Positions 18,043 to 28,251 of a stretch of DNA of 64,000 nucleotides are shown one piece after another. Position numbers and translations under genes: made by a program. Position 1 is the first letter of the stretch; each line of letters begins with the position of its first letter. The notes under the pieces are model-generated. The model was given only the letters and a program-made list of their open reading frames with translations. It was not told the DNA's origin and did not search any database. Origin of the DNA: Nitrospinota bacterium (GTDB lineage Bacteria > Nitrospinota > Nitrospinia > Nitrospinales > VA-1); NCBI GenBank assembly GCA_028345515.1, contig JAOMDP010000010.1, positions 563 to 64,562 on the forward strand. Direction: 5' to 3'.

Positions 18043-19794
18043 ATGTTGTCGTTACTCAAAAAAAAATGGTGCCTAGCAGATATTTCTTCGGAAAGATCCT
18101 CAGCCTTGGCTAAAGAACTTAACATACCGTTTGCTGTTGCAGTATTGTTGATCAATAGAGGTGTTGATAATGCAGAGAAGGCGAACCTTTATTTAAAATC
18201 AGACTTTTCTTTATTGCACGACCCTTTTCTTATGACAGGAATGGATAAAGCGGTTGAGAGAGTAATCCGTGCTATTGAGAGTAAAGAGTCTATTACCGTT
18301 TTTTGTGATTATGATGTCGACGGAGTCACCTCTGCTGCTTTTTTGACACATTTTTTTCGTGACCTTAATTGCCATGTGAGCGCATATCTTCCTGAGCGGG
18401 AAGAGGAAGGATATGGCCTTAATTTAGATGCAGTCCAAAAAATTAGAAACCAAGGTACCAATCTTATGATTACTGCTGATTGCGGTATCACAGGAGTTAA
18501 AGAAGTGGCTTTCGCAAATGAATTGGGACTGGACGTGATTGTCACAGATCATCATCAGGTCGGTGATGAAGGGTTGCCACAAGCAGTAGCGGTTTTGAAT
18601 CCGCATCAAGCTGAATGTGATTACCCTTTTCGTTTTTTAAGTGGAGTCGGACTTGCCTTTAAGCTGGCCATTGGAATCCGTAATGGATTGTATTCTGCTG
18701 GGATCAAAAAGGAAGATTTGCCTAATCTAAAACGCCATTTAGATTTATTTGCTTTAGGAACCATTGCCGATGTTGCTCCATTGACAGGAGAAAACCATAT
18801 ATTAACTCGGCATGGACTAGATGTTTTATCCACATCCTCTAAACCCGGCCTAGTAGCGTTAAAGGAAGTGGCAGGTATTGTGGGTAATGTCGATGCGCGT
18901 TCAGTGGGGTTTGGTCTGGGTCCCCGTCTCAATGCTGCGGGCAGATTAGGCAAGGCCGATAATGGACTGCATTTGCTGACTGCTACTGATTTGACAGTGG
19001 CAAAAGTACTGGCACAGGATTTGGAGCAAACTAATCGAGAACGAAAAGAAATTCAGGAAGAAACTTTTTTGGAAGCGGAAGCTTTAATACGAAATGAGTT
19101 GGATATTGAAAGCGAAAGAGTGATCGTGCTGGCATCGGAAATTTTTCACCAGGGAGTCATTGGTATTGCTGCATCAAAAATAGTAGATAAATATCATAGG
19201 CCTACGGTGTTGATTGCTTTGAAAGACGGTTTAGGAAAGGGTTCGGGTCGAAGCATACCGAAGTTTAATTTGTTTAAATCTTTTACGGAGTGTTCTTCTC
19301 ACCTCATCCAGTTCGGGGGCCATGCCTATGCAGCGGGACTTAGTATTGATGAAGAAAAAATAGATGCATTCCGCGATGCTATGCAGGTGGTTGGACATCA
19401 GTTTTTGAAAGAAGATGATTTGATTCCTGAAGTTAGGATTGATTCAATTTTAGATATTTCTCAAATCGATTTCAAATTATATAAAAGCATTTCATTGCTG
19501 GAGCCGTTTGGTGCAGAAAACCCTGTTCCTTCTTTTAAATCCAACAATATCAAAATAAAAGATTTGAAGTTGATCGGAAAAGAAAAAATACATGCTAGAT
19601 TTCGTGCTGTCCAAGGACGAGGAAAAATAGAAGTGGTTGCATTTAATTTTGCTAAAGTTTTGGAAGCGGTTGATATCTCTACAGAGATTTTCGACATCGC
19701 TTATGAACTTCACCTGAACTCCTGGAACGGACGAGAAAAGTTGGAATTAAAGCTGATAGATATTAGCCAGGCTAACGCAAATTTGGGCGTGTAG
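18043..19794 (+). CDS. recJ: Single-stranded-DNA-specific exonuclease RecJ
   Basis: DHH-family motifs DYDVDGVTS, ITADCGI and VTDHH, plus a DHHA1 region GGHAYAAG. 583 aa. Confidence 0.95.
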   Translation: MLSLLKKKWCLADISSERSSALAKELNIPFAVAVLLINRGVDNAEKANLYLKSDFSLLHDPFLMTGMDKAVERVIRAIESKESITVFCDYDVDGVTSAAFLTHFFRDLNCHVSAYLPEREEEGYGLNLDAVQKIRNQGTNLMITADCGITGVKEVAFANELGLDVIVTDHHQVGDEGLPQAVAVLNPHQAECDYPFRFLSGVGLAFKLAIGIRNGLYSAGIKKEDLPNLKRHLDLFALGTIADVAPLTGENHILTRHGLDVLSTSSKPGLVALKEVAGIVGNVDARSVGFGLGPRLNAAGRLGKADNGLHLLTATDLTVAKVLAQDLEQTNRERKEIQEETFLEAEALIRNELDIESERVIVLASEIFHQGVIGIAASKIVDKYHRPTVLIALKDGLGKGSGRSIPKFNLFKSFTECSSHLIQFGGHAYAAGLSIDEEKIDAFRDAMQVVGHQFLKEDDLIPEVRIDSILDISQIDFKLYKSISLLEPFGAENPVPSFKSNNIKIKDLKLIGKEKIHARFRAVQGRGKIEVVAFNFAKVLEAVDISTEIFDIAYELHLNSWNGREKLELKLIDISQANANLGV

Positions 19795-19827
19795 TTAATA
19801 TTTAGGATTTCTGGTTTTGATTTTTAG

Positions 19828-22404
19828 TTATTCCACTCTTACAGCTTCTTTAGGGTTTAATTCCTGCGCAAGACGGGCTGGATATAGTCCAGAGAGAACA
19901 GAAACCCCCCATGAAAAGGCAACTAATAGCAGAATAAAAATGTATGGGAAGTGGACTTGAATAGTCCAGCCAAAGGATTGTTTGTTAATAACAAAAATTA
20001 AAATATAAGAAACTACCACACCCGCTACCAAACCCATTACCGAGCCAATCAACCCTAATATACCTGCCTCTATTAATATCATGCGTTTAATCTGGCGAGT
20101 GAAGGCACCGATGAATCTTAAAATTCCTATTTCTCTTTTTCTTTCGAGAATGAGAGAAACAAGGGTATTAAACAGCCCAAGTATGGCTACCAGAATAGCA
20201 ATGATCTCGAGCGAATAAGTAATGGCAAAAGTTTTGTCAAAAACTTCCAAAACCTGTTTTTTCAGTTCGGTATTAGATCGAATGACCAATCGATGCTCAT
20301 TAAGTGTGTTCAAAACTTCCTTTCGTACTTGGTTCAATTTGGATTTGTCATTAAGGTAAATTACAAAACTATTGATTTGATTTTCCTTGTAATATTTAAG
20401 GAAGGTAGTTCGATCGAGAATGATATAGCCACGTTCTCGGGAATAGTCAAAGTACACGGCTGAGACTTCAAATTTTATGGGACCATTAGGGGTTTTTAAG
20501 TTTAGGACATTACCGACGCTAATCCCGTGCTTAAGAGAAAAGGCTTCTGAGACAATTACCCGATCATTGCCAACCATATTCTGGCTCAATTCGGTTGTCG
20601 GGAGACCTGATTTAATTAGGAGGTTCCCAAATTTTGATAGCACTGAGAAATCGCCAGTAGCAAGCACGACAGGAAGATTATTATAGGAAATATCGATGGC
20701 ACGAAATTGATCAATCGCTTCGATACCTGGAATCGATTTGAGTTTTTGAACCGGATCAGAGGGCAGAGTATGCTGATAGTCAATGTCCCGTCCACCTGCG
20801 ACACGCACAAATAAATCTGCTTTTAAAGTTTGATCGATCCATACAATCACAGTTTGGCGAAAACTATGAACCATGATAGACATACTGATAACCATCATGA
20901 AGGCAATCGCAAGCGATGAGACAGCTAGAGCATTCCTTCCTACGTTTTGTGAGAGATTCATGCAAGCTAATAGTCCTTCACCTCCCATCCTGTTTTTGAA
21001 AAAATTATGGGACTTGTTTCGAGTCCAAAGCAGGGCTGCCGGGGATAACATGGATAAACCGAGGATGATTAGAAAAACGGACAAGAATCCAAAATACGGG
21101 AATTGGTCGATAGACGGTAGTTGGGTGCAGAATCCAGCAAGTAAGATGACGAATCCTGCTGAAAAATTTAATTGTCGGCTACCGCGAAAAAGTTTCAGGT
21201 CATAGCTGCCCCGTCGCATTACCGATGTGGGGGGGGTTTTCGCTGCATCCCAGGCGGGAATCAAGGCGGAGATGAAAGATAATATAACACCCAGGAAAAA
21301 ATAAGGACCCATTTCCTGCCATTGAAAATTTATTTTTGTTACGTAGCTAGGTGCATAAAGGTTATTGACCGTCAGGGAGATAGCATCAAGAGAAAATTGA
21401 GCAAAATAATATCCTAGACCAATTCCAAAAATAGAGCCAATTGCCCCGATTATTCCTGCTTCCAGAAAAAATATTATGGCAATTAAAGTCGGTGTTGCCC
21501 CTAGTGCTCTTAAAGTTCCGATTTCAATGCGCCGCCTTACAACCGAAAGTGCGATCATATTATAGATGAGATATAAAGCTACAAGTAGAGCCACAAAACT
21601 TAAAGCAGTAAGGTTATATTGAAATGCCTGCAACATTTTTTCCACTTGTTGACTCTTTCTTTGTGGTCTTTCAACTTGGAGGTATTCCGGTAATAAAGCA
21701 GAGATCTTTTTTTGCATCGCATCAAATTTTGCAGGTTGCAAAAATTGGATATCGATTCGATCTAAACGCCCAAATTTTTCAAATACGTTTTGTGCTGCAG
21801 CAATATCCATCAATGCAAAATTTCCATTTAGTGCTTTGCCTATACCCTTGTTTTCCAGTACCGCGTTTACTTTGAGTTTTTTCTCTTTTCCTTTGATAAG
21901 AAAATTCAGGGAACTACCGGCTTCAAACTGGACATTTGGAACAAATTTTTCTGGAAGAATTACTCCGGTGGGATCCATGATTAGAGGTAGAAGGCCTTTT
22001 AAATCTTTTTCTATTGTTTTTAGGGAAAAGTCACGGATACCACTGTCTTGTAATAGATCAGTCCCAATAATTTCGACGACTTCACCACTGGTGGATTCAA
22101 TACCATAACCTTCGATGACGGGATAAGCTTTAATTTCTTTTCGTAGTGCGTGCAATTTTTCAAAATGAGTTTCATCGAATTCCATACCTTCCGCACGAAT
22201 AACAGCATCAGCCCGTCCCAATACCAAATCGACGCTTTCCGTAAACGACATCATGGTTTGCTGGTTGGCAAGTCGAATACTGAGAAAAACAGCGACACCA
22301 ACGGCAACACCTAAAATCGTAATAAGGGTGCGGAAAGGATCTCGAATCAAGGGGCGAAGTATGAGTGCTGTAAAGAGATCTTTAAAGTAATAAAGAAAGC
22401 TCAC
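19828..22404 (-). CDS. ABC transporter permease, duplicated FtsX/MacB-type
   Basis: 858 aa with two FtsX-like 4-TM modules, each preceded by a large extracytoplasmic domain. GTG start lies 2 nt after the ATPase gene stop. Confidence 0.85.
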   Translation of the reverse strand: MSFLYYFKDLFTALILRPLIRDPFRTLITILGVAVGVAVFLSIRLANQQTMMSFTESVDLVLGRADAVIRAEGMEFDETHFEKLHALRKEIKAYPVIEGYGIESTSGEVVEIIGTDLLQDSGIRDFSLKTIEKDLKGLLPLIMDPTGVILPEKFVPNVQFEAGSSLNFLIKGKEKKLKVNAVLENKGIGKALNGNFALMDIAAAQNVFEKFGRLDRIDIQFLQPAKFDAMQKKISALLPEYLQVERPQRKSQQVEKMLQAFQYNLTALSFVALLVALYLIYNMIALSVVRRRIEIGTLRALGATPTLIAIIFFLEAGIIGAIGSIFGIGLGYYFAQFSLDAISLTVNNLYAPSYVTKINFQWQEMGPYFFLGVILSFISALIPAWDAAKTPPTSVMRRGSYDLKLFRGSRQLNFSAGFVILLAGFCTQLPSIDQFPYFGFLSVFLIILGLSMLSPAALLWTRNKSHNFFKNRMGGEGLLACMNLSQNVGRNALAVSSLAIAFMMVISMSIMVHSFRQTVIVWIDQTLKADLFVRVAGGRDIDYQHTLPSDPVQKLKSIPGIEAIDQFRAIDISYNNLPVVLATGDFSVLSKFGNLLIKSGLPTTELSQNMVGNDRVIVSEAFSLKHGISVGNVLNLKTPNGPIKFEVSAVYFDYSRERGYIILDRTTFLKYYKENQINSFVIYLNDKSKLNQVRKEVLNTLNEHRLVIRSNTELKKQVLEVFDKTFAITYSLEIIAILVAILGLFNTLVSLILERKREIGILRFIGAFTRQIKRMILIEAGILGLIGSVMGLVAGVVVSYILIFVINKQSFGWTIQVHFPYIFILLLVAFSWGVSVLSGLYPARLAQELNPKEAVRVE

Positions 22405-22406
22405 TA

Positions 22407-23078
22407 TTATATGTCCGTTAATTTGCCGTCACGGATTTCAAAATGCCTATTACCACAAGCGGCTACTTGAGGGTTATGAGTGACGAGGATGACTGTGGTT
22501 TTAAAGTCTGTTGCAGCACTTTCCATCAGTTCAATAATTTTTCGACCGTTTTCTGAATCGAGGTTGCCGGTAGGCTCATCTGCTAGAAGGATAACTGGTT
22601 GATGGACCAAAGCCCGGGCTATCGCAACACGTTGCATTTCACCTCCTGATAATTCTGCTGGAAAGGATTGAAAACGATCCCAGAGGCCTACATATTCCAG
22701 AAGTGTTTGCACTCGACTACCCTGTATTTCAGATGAATGGGCAAGAAGGAGGGGCAGTTCGACATTTTCCTGGATAGTAAGGGTAGGCATAAGATTAAAA
22801 AATTGAAAAACAAATCCAATTTCTTTTCTGCGCAATAATGTTAGATCGTGATCAGAAAGTTCAGAGACTTTTCGTCCCTGCAAAAATATTTGGCCTTGAT
22901 CGGGCAGGTCCAGTCCCGCAAGTAAGTTTAGCAACGTGGTTTTTCCACCACCACTTGGTCCCATTATCGTGACAAAATCTCCAGCATTAAAACTCAGGTT
23001 TACACCTTGTAATGCGGCTACTGAGGTGGTTCCGTTTTGGTAAGATTTATGAACATCAATAAACTGTATAATCGCCAT
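22407..23078 (-). CDS. ABC transporter ATP-binding protein (MacB/LolD-like)
   Basis: Walker A GPSGGGKTT, signature LSGGEMQRV, Walker B ILLADEPT. Confidence 0.92.
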   Translation of the reverse strand: MAIIQFIDVHKSYQNGTTSVAALQGVNLSFNAGDFVTIMGPSGGGKTTLLNLLAGLDLPDQGQIFLQGRKVSELSDHDLTLLRRKEIGFVFQFFNLMPTLTIQENVELPLLLAHSSEIQGSRVQTLLEYVGLWDRFQSFPAELSGGEMQRVAIARALVHQPVILLADEPTGNLDSENGRKIIELMESAATDFKTTVILVTHNPQVAACGNRHFEIRDGKLTDI

Positions 23079-23195
23079 AATGTGCTTATCTTTAATAATA
23101 AATTATCGTGTCGTTGAACCTTACAGTATATTGTGATAAGGATGGGAAGTTTATTTAAAAATTTATTGCTAATTTATTTTAACGAATATTTCGGA

Positions 23196-24377
23196 ATGAC
23201 TATTTCAAAAAAAGTAAGCGGATTTATGGAAAAGTCGTCCTGGATCAGGAAGATGTTTGAAGAGGGAATACGCCTGAAACAGGAGTATGGAGAAGAGAAT
23301 GTTTTTGACCTTTCTTTGGGGAACCCGGTGATTGAGCCACCAGAGAAAGTTCAAAATGCTCTTGTTGAGGCGGCAAAAGATACTTCACCGGGGTTGCACC
23401 GCTATATGCCCAACGCGGGACTTCAAGATGTAAGAGAAGCGATTGCTGAGACGCTTTCGGTGGAATGCAAGATGGTACTTTCTGCCAATAATTTGGTTAT
23501 GGTTTGTGGTGCTGCTGGTGGATTGAATATTACCCTTAAAACTTTGCTTGATAATGAGGATGAGGTCATCATTTTTGCCCCCTATTTTGTTGAATATCTT
23601 TTTTATATTGATAACCACGGTGGGAAAGCGGTACCCATTAAAACCAACAAGGATTTTTCTCTCGATTTTGATAGCTTAAAAAATGCACTTAACGAAAAAA
23701 CCAAGGCTGTGATTATTAACTCCCCTAATAATCCGACAGGAGTTGTTTATTCACGTGAAGAACTGAAACAATTGGCTGAAATTTTGAATTGGCATTCAAA
23801 TGAATCTGGTAAGCCAGTTTATTTGATTTCTGATGACCCCTACAAAAACATTATTTTTGATCAGGTGAAAACAGCAAATATTCTTGAGTTTTATGATAAT
23901 AGTATTTATATCACTTCTCATTCGAAAGACATCGCATTGCCTGGAGAACGTATTGGGTTTGTGGCGGTACATCCTCAATGCAATGATATTGGTAGATTGA
24001 TCGCAGGTTTGATTTTTTCTAATCGTGTGTTGGGGTTTGTGAATGCTCCGGCTTTGATACAGCGTGTGATTAAGAAGGTTCAAGGGGTAACAGTCGAGGT
24101 TGAGCAGTATCAAAAAAAACGCGATTTTTTGTACGGTGAGTTGACTCGCATTGGTTACGATATCGTAAAACCACAAGGTGCATTTTATTTCTTCCCGAAA
24201 TCTCCCATTATTGATGAAGTGGAGTTTGTGAAAAAGTTGGCAAAGGAAAAGGTGTTGGTGGTGCCTGGTCGAGGGTTTGGCTGTCCGGGCTATTTCCGTA
24301 TTTCCTATTGTTTGCCCGATTCCGTATTGGAAGGTTCTATTGATGGCTTTGAGTCTGCATTTAAAGCCTGTCGTTAA
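23196..24377 (+). CDS. Class I/II pyridoxal-phosphate-dependent aminotransferase
   Basis: LSLGNP, NSPNNPTG and the SHSKDIALPGERIG Lys motif. I prefer the ATG at 23196 (MTISKK...) to the track's GTG at 23133. Confidence 0.85.
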   Translation: MTISKKVSGFMEKSSWIRKMFEEGIRLKQEYGEENVFDLSLGNPVIEPPEKVQNALVEAAKDTSPGLHRYMPNAGLQDVREAIAETLSVECKMVLSANNLVMVCGAAGGLNITLKTLLDNEDEVIIFAPYFVEYLFYIDNHGGKAVPIKTNKDFSLDFDSLKNALNEKTKAVIINSPNNPTGVVYSREELKQLAEILNWHSNESGKPVYLISDDPYKNIIFDQVKTANILEFYDNSIYITSHSKDIALPGERIGFVAVHPQCNDIGRLIAGLIFSNRVLGFVNAPALIQRVIKKVQGVTVEVEQYQKKRDFLYGELTRIGYDIVKPQGAFYFFPKSPIIDEVEFVKKLAKEKVLVVPGRGFGCPGYFRISYCLPDSVLEGSIDGFESAFKACR

Positions 24378-24488
24378 AAGGTGATAGGAATACTTTCATC
24401 TTATGGTGCTGGCGAATCTTTTTTGATAATATAAGGTCTTACTTTATAAAGATAAAAAATTAATCGTTTTTTGACAGGAAACTTAGTT

Positions 24489-25643
24489 ATGGCTTTGACT
24501 ACAGATCAGATTAATCGCTACAGTCGACATTTGTTATTGCCGGAAGTGGGGGTTGAAGGACAGGAAAAAATTTGTAATGCAAAAGTTCTGTTGATTGGCA
24601 CAGGTGGCCTGGGTTCTCCCCTGGCACTTTATTTAGCCGCAGCAGGGGTTGGGACATTAGGATTGATTGATTTTGATGTGGTGGATTTTAGCAACCTGCA
24701 AAGACAAGTGGCGCATGGCGAATCTACCGTAGGCAAACTAAAAGTAGATTCAGCAAAGGAACGAATCGCCGACCTGAACTCTAGTATTGATGTGAAAACT
24801 TATAATGTAAGATTATCGTCTGAAAATGTAATGGATATCTTCAAAGACTACGACATTATCATTGATGGTACTGATAATTTTCCAACCCGTTATTTGGCGA
24901 GTGATGCTTGTGTGCTATTGAAAAAACCTTATATATACGGATGTATTTTAAGATTTGAAGGCCAGGCCTCCGTTTTTGATTCGTGTATTGGCCCCTGCTA
25001 TCGATGTTTGTATCCTGAGCCGCCTCCACCTGGTCTAGTGCCAAGTTGTGCAGAGGGTGGTGTTTTAGGGATTCTCCCTGGAATTGTAGGTCTCATCCAG
25101 GCTAATGAAGCAGTGAAGATAATTCTTGGGCAGGGAGAAACATTGGTAGGCCGATTGTTGTTATTCGATGCCTTAGGAATGAAGTTTAGGGAAATGAAAC
25201 TAAAAAAGGATAAGGACTGTCCTATTTGTGGTGAAAACCCGACAATTAAGGAATTGATTGACTATGAAGAGTTCTGCGGCATCCTTCCGGTTGAGGAATC
25301 TCCGGAAGACGATGAAATGGAAATAGGAGTCGAGCAGGTTAAGCAAATGCTGGACAATAAGCATAGGTTTAGATTAGTTGATGTCCGCGAACCGTCTGAA
25401 TATGATATTTGTAAAATTGGAGGGGCGATTCTAATACCACTTGGAGATATAGAAGCAAAAGATCCCGCAAAACTCAATGGTTTGAAACCGGATGAAGAAA
25501 TAGTTTTACATTGTAAAGCTGGGGTACGTTCCATGAAGGCTGCCAAGGCACTCCAGGAGATGGGATTCAAAAACCTGAAAAGTATGCGAGGTGGTATCAA
25601 TGAATGGTCGGAAAAGATCGATTCTTCAGTCCCATTATATTAA
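24489..25643 (+). CDS. moeB: Molybdopterin/thiocarboxylate-synthase adenylyltransferase (MoeB/ThiF) fused to a rhodanese domain
   Basis: RYSRHLLLPEVG, GTGGLGSP, Zn pairs CYRC and CPIC, and the C-terminal rhodanese loop HCKAGVRS. I prefer the ATG at 24489. Confidence 0.88.
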   Translation: MALTTDQINRYSRHLLLPEVGVEGQEKICNAKVLLIGTGGLGSPLALYLAAAGVGTLGLIDFDVVDFSNLQRQVAHGESTVGKLKVDSAKERIADLNSSIDVKTYNVRLSSENVMDIFKDYDIIIDGTDNFPTRYLASDACVLLKKPYIYGCILRFEGQASVFDSCIGPCYRCLYPEPPPPGLVPSCAEGGVLGILPGIVGLIQANEAVKIILGQGETLVGRLLLFDALGMKFREMKLKKDKDCPICGENPTIKELIDYEEFCGILPVEESPEDDEMEIGVEQVKQMLDNKHRFRLVDVREPSEYDICKIGGAILIPLGDIEAKDPAKLNGLKPDEEIVLHCKAGVRSMKAAKALQEMGFKNLKSMRGGINEWSEKIDSSVPLY

Positions 25644-25660
25644 AGGCCTAACATCTTAAA

Positions 25661-26449
25661 TTGTCTTCTTTGAAAAACCGAAAAGTAATCGTAACTGGTG
25701 CAGCCCATGGCATTGGTCGAGCTTTGGCTCTTGCATTTGCTAAAGAGGGTGCACAGGTTGCCGTTTGTTCGCGTGGCAGGGATAGTCTGGAATGCCTGTT
25801 GAAAGAGATGGAGGGTTCCGGTCATATTTTTTTTGCAGCAGATCTTTCTAAACCAGAAGGCATTCACGATTTTTTTGATAAAGCCAAAGAAGCCTTGAAC
25901 GGCATAGATGTTCTTGTAAACAATGTCGGTGCAGTTTTAAAACTTGGAAACTTTTTTGAAGTTTCAGATGAGGACTGGGAAAACTCATTTCAAGTCAATC
26001 TGATGTCAGCGGTTCGCCTCTGTAGAATGAGTATTCCTGAGTTAAGAAAATCTACTTGTCCGCGGATAATAAATATTTCATCAGTCGCTGCCTCCCACCC
26101 CCAAGATATTTTTCCACATTACAATGCGATGAAGGCGGCTTTGTCAAACCTCACTGTTTCTCTTGCACAAACTCTTGCTGAAAATGGAATCTGCGTTAAC
26201 TCGATCTCCCCAGGCCCAGTCTGGAGCCGTTCCTGGGAACAGGAAGCCGAAGCGCAGAGAGGAAAGTCTTCTGTTGAAGATGCTAAAAAAAATATTATGG
26301 ATCAGACTGGAAAAAATATTCCACTGAAAAGAATGGGGATGCCAGAAGATTTAACAGGACTGGCTCTATTCCTTGCTTCCGAGCAATCTTCATGGATCAC
26401 CGCGACAAACTTTGTGGTTGACGGCGGACTAACCCGAAACCCCTTTTAA
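25661..26449 (+). CDS. Short-chain dehydrogenase/reductase (FabG-like)
   Basis: VTGAAHGIGRALA, NNVG and the catalytic YNAMKAA. TTG start. Confidence 0.8.
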   Translation: MSSLKNRKVIVTGAAHGIGRALALAFAKEGAQVAVCSRGRDSLECLLKEMEGSGHIFFAADLSKPEGIHDFFDKAKEALNGIDVLVNNVGAVLKLGNFFEVSDEDWENSFQVNLMSAVRLCRMSIPELRKSTCPRIINISSVAASHPQDIFPHYNAMKAALSNLTVSLAQTLAENGICVNSISPGPVWSRSWEQEAEAQRGKSSVEDAKKNIMDQTGKNIPLKRMGMPEDLTGLALFLASEQSSWITATNFVVDGGLTRNPF

Positions 26450-26489
26450 TCTAATTAGTTGTTGTAAACTATTTTTATCTAAAGCAACC

Positions 26490-27872
26490 ATGACATCTTC
26501 TATAAATCCACAAATTTTTCGGGAATATGATGTTCGCGGTGTTGTCGGAAAAGACCTCACCCCCGATAGCGTAACCAGTATTGGTAAAGCTATTGGAACT
26601 TATATTAAGCGTGGTGGTGGGAAAAAGATGGTTATAGGAAGAGATGTGCGTACTAGCTCCGTGGAGTTTCGTGAGATACTTTCTAGCGCCTTAAATTCGA
26701 CGGGCTGTGATGTTATTGATATCGGAATGGTCCCCACACCGATGACATATTTTGCACTTCATCATTTTAAGGCGGATGGTGGTGTAATGATTACTGGTAG
26801 TCATAATCCTCCAGAATTTAACGGGTTTAAAATCAGCCAGGGTGTTCACAGTTTATATGGCGAAAAGGTTCAACAACTAAAACAACTTATTCAAGCTAAT
26901 GATTTTGAAACTGGAAACGGTAATACGCAACAGCAAGATATAATTGGAGATTATATTGATAAAATTTGTTCGCTCTTGAAAATTTCGCGAAATGTAAAAG
27001 TTGTGGTCGATGGTGGTAATGGTTGTTTTGGAATTGTGGGGCCAGAATTGTTGAGAAAAATGGCTCAGACTCCGATTGAACTGTTTAGTGAACCCGATGG
27101 CACCTTTCCCAATCACCATCCTGATCCAACGGTTACCAAGAATCTAACTCATTTGATTGAGAAGGTCCGCTCGGAAAAAGCGGAACTAGGTATTGGATTC
27201 GATGGTGATGCGGACCGCATTGGTGTTGTTGATGAAAAAGGAAATATATTGTGGGGAGACCAGTTGCTCATCCTTTTTGCTCGCGATATTCTTTTAAAAA
27301 ATCCGGGTGCGACCATTGTGGGAGAAGTTAAGTGTTCACAAAATTTATATCAGGATATTGAAAAACACGGGGGAATCCCGGTTATGGCTGCCGCAGGACA
27401 TTCCCTTATAAAAAATAAAATGCGTGAGACCGGCGCTCTATTGGCTGGAGAAATGAGCGGGCACATCTGTTTTGCAGATAATTACTACGGTTTTGATGAT
27501 GCTATTTTTGCGGCATGTCGAATTTTGCAAATTGTTTCTCAATCCAAACAAAAGGTTTCTGAAATGCTCGCAGACCTTCCTAAAACAGCTTATACTCCAG
27601 AAATTCGTATAGATTGCCCTGATGATAAGAAATTTGAAATTGTCCTTGAATTAACAGAATTTTTTCGAGATCAATATGAAGTTATAGATATTGATGGTGT
27701 ACGTATCAACTTTGATGATGGATGGGCTTTAATCCGAGCTTCAAACACGCAACCGGTACTTGTTTTAAGATTCGAAGCTGTTACTAATATTAGGTTAAAA
27801 GAATTGGTGAAAATTATTAAAACCCAAATCGACAAATATAAACCTCTTATTCATTTTGACTATGAAGCATGA
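26490..27872 (+). CDS. Phosphomannomutase/phosphoglucomutase
   Basis: Active-site TGSHNPPEFNG, Mg site GFDGDADR, sugar loop GEMSGH. Confidence 0.93.
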   Translation: MTSSINPQIFREYDVRGVVGKDLTPDSVTSIGKAIGTYIKRGGGKKMVIGRDVRTSSVEFREILSSALNSTGCDVIDIGMVPTPMTYFALHHFKADGGVMITGSHNPPEFNGFKISQGVHSLYGEKVQQLKQLIQANDFETGNGNTQQQDIIGDYIDKICSLLKISRNVKVVVDGGNGCFGIVGPELLRKMAQTPIELFSEPDGTFPNHHPDPTVTKNLTHLIEKVRSEKAELGIGFDGDADRIGVVDEKGNILWGDQLLILFARDILLKNPGATIVGEVKCSQNLYQDIEKHGGIPVMAAAGHSLIKNKMRETGALLAGEMSGHICFADNYYGFDDAIFAACRILQIVSQSKQKVSEMLADLPKTAYTPEIRIDCPDDKKFEIVLELTEFFRDQYEVIDIDGVRINFDDGWALIRASNTQPVLVLRFEAVTNIRLKELVKIIKTQIDKYKPLIHFDYEA

Positions 27873-28249
27873 TTAAAAAATATTTACATACCCGATTTAG
27901 GGTGTCAGACATGGAAAAATCGGTTATTTTTTATCGGGATATACTAGGAATGAAATTAACCGAGCAAAAAACCTCGCCACGTGGTTCCGAACTAGTCTTT
28001 CTTAATTTTCCAGATATGAATTGTGAACTGGAATTATGCTCCTTCCCAGATTCGGGCACTGTTGAAATTCCAGAAGATTTAGTTCACCTTGCATTTGAAG
28101 TGGATGATCTGGAAGTATGTATGCAAAAACTCGAAGCGGCTGGAGTTCCGATCACCGAAGGTCCTACGAAATCTTCAAATGGGAATCGATTTATATTTAC
28201 AGAAGATCCGGATAAGTATGAAATCGAGTTAATTCAATTTAAGGTTTGA
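27869..28249 (+). CDS. VOC-family protein (glyoxalase I-like)
   Basis: 126 aa. HTRFRVSDMEKSVIFYRDILGMKL and HLAFEVDD. Start overlaps the PMM stop (ATGA). Confidence 0.75.
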   Translation: MIKKYLHTRFRVSDMEKSVIFYRDILGMKLTEQKTSPRGSELVFLNFPDMNCELELCSFPDSGTVEIPEDLVHLAFEVDDLEVCMQKLEAAGVPITEGPTKSSNGNRFIFTEDPDKYEIELIQFKV

Positions 28250-28251
28250 GG

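Noticed and set aside
19010-19025. Sigma54-promoter-like string TGGCACAGGATTTGGA, and a wider search for targets of the NtrC-like activator
   Set aside because: It lies inside the recJ coding sequence and has GG instead of the -12 GC. I found no convincing TGGCAC-N5-TTGC element in any intergenic region of the window, including upstream of the ilvE-...-AstE operon.
600-25600. Many 60-110-aa shadow ORFs in the track (for example 600..854, 1601..1810, 1955..2242, 12031..12219, 18621..18953, 20873..21205, 25262..25600)
   Set aside because: Each is nested in or antisense to a long ORF with unambiguous family motifs. They have low-complexity or Ser/Pro/Cys-rich composition and no SD. I treated them as non-coding.
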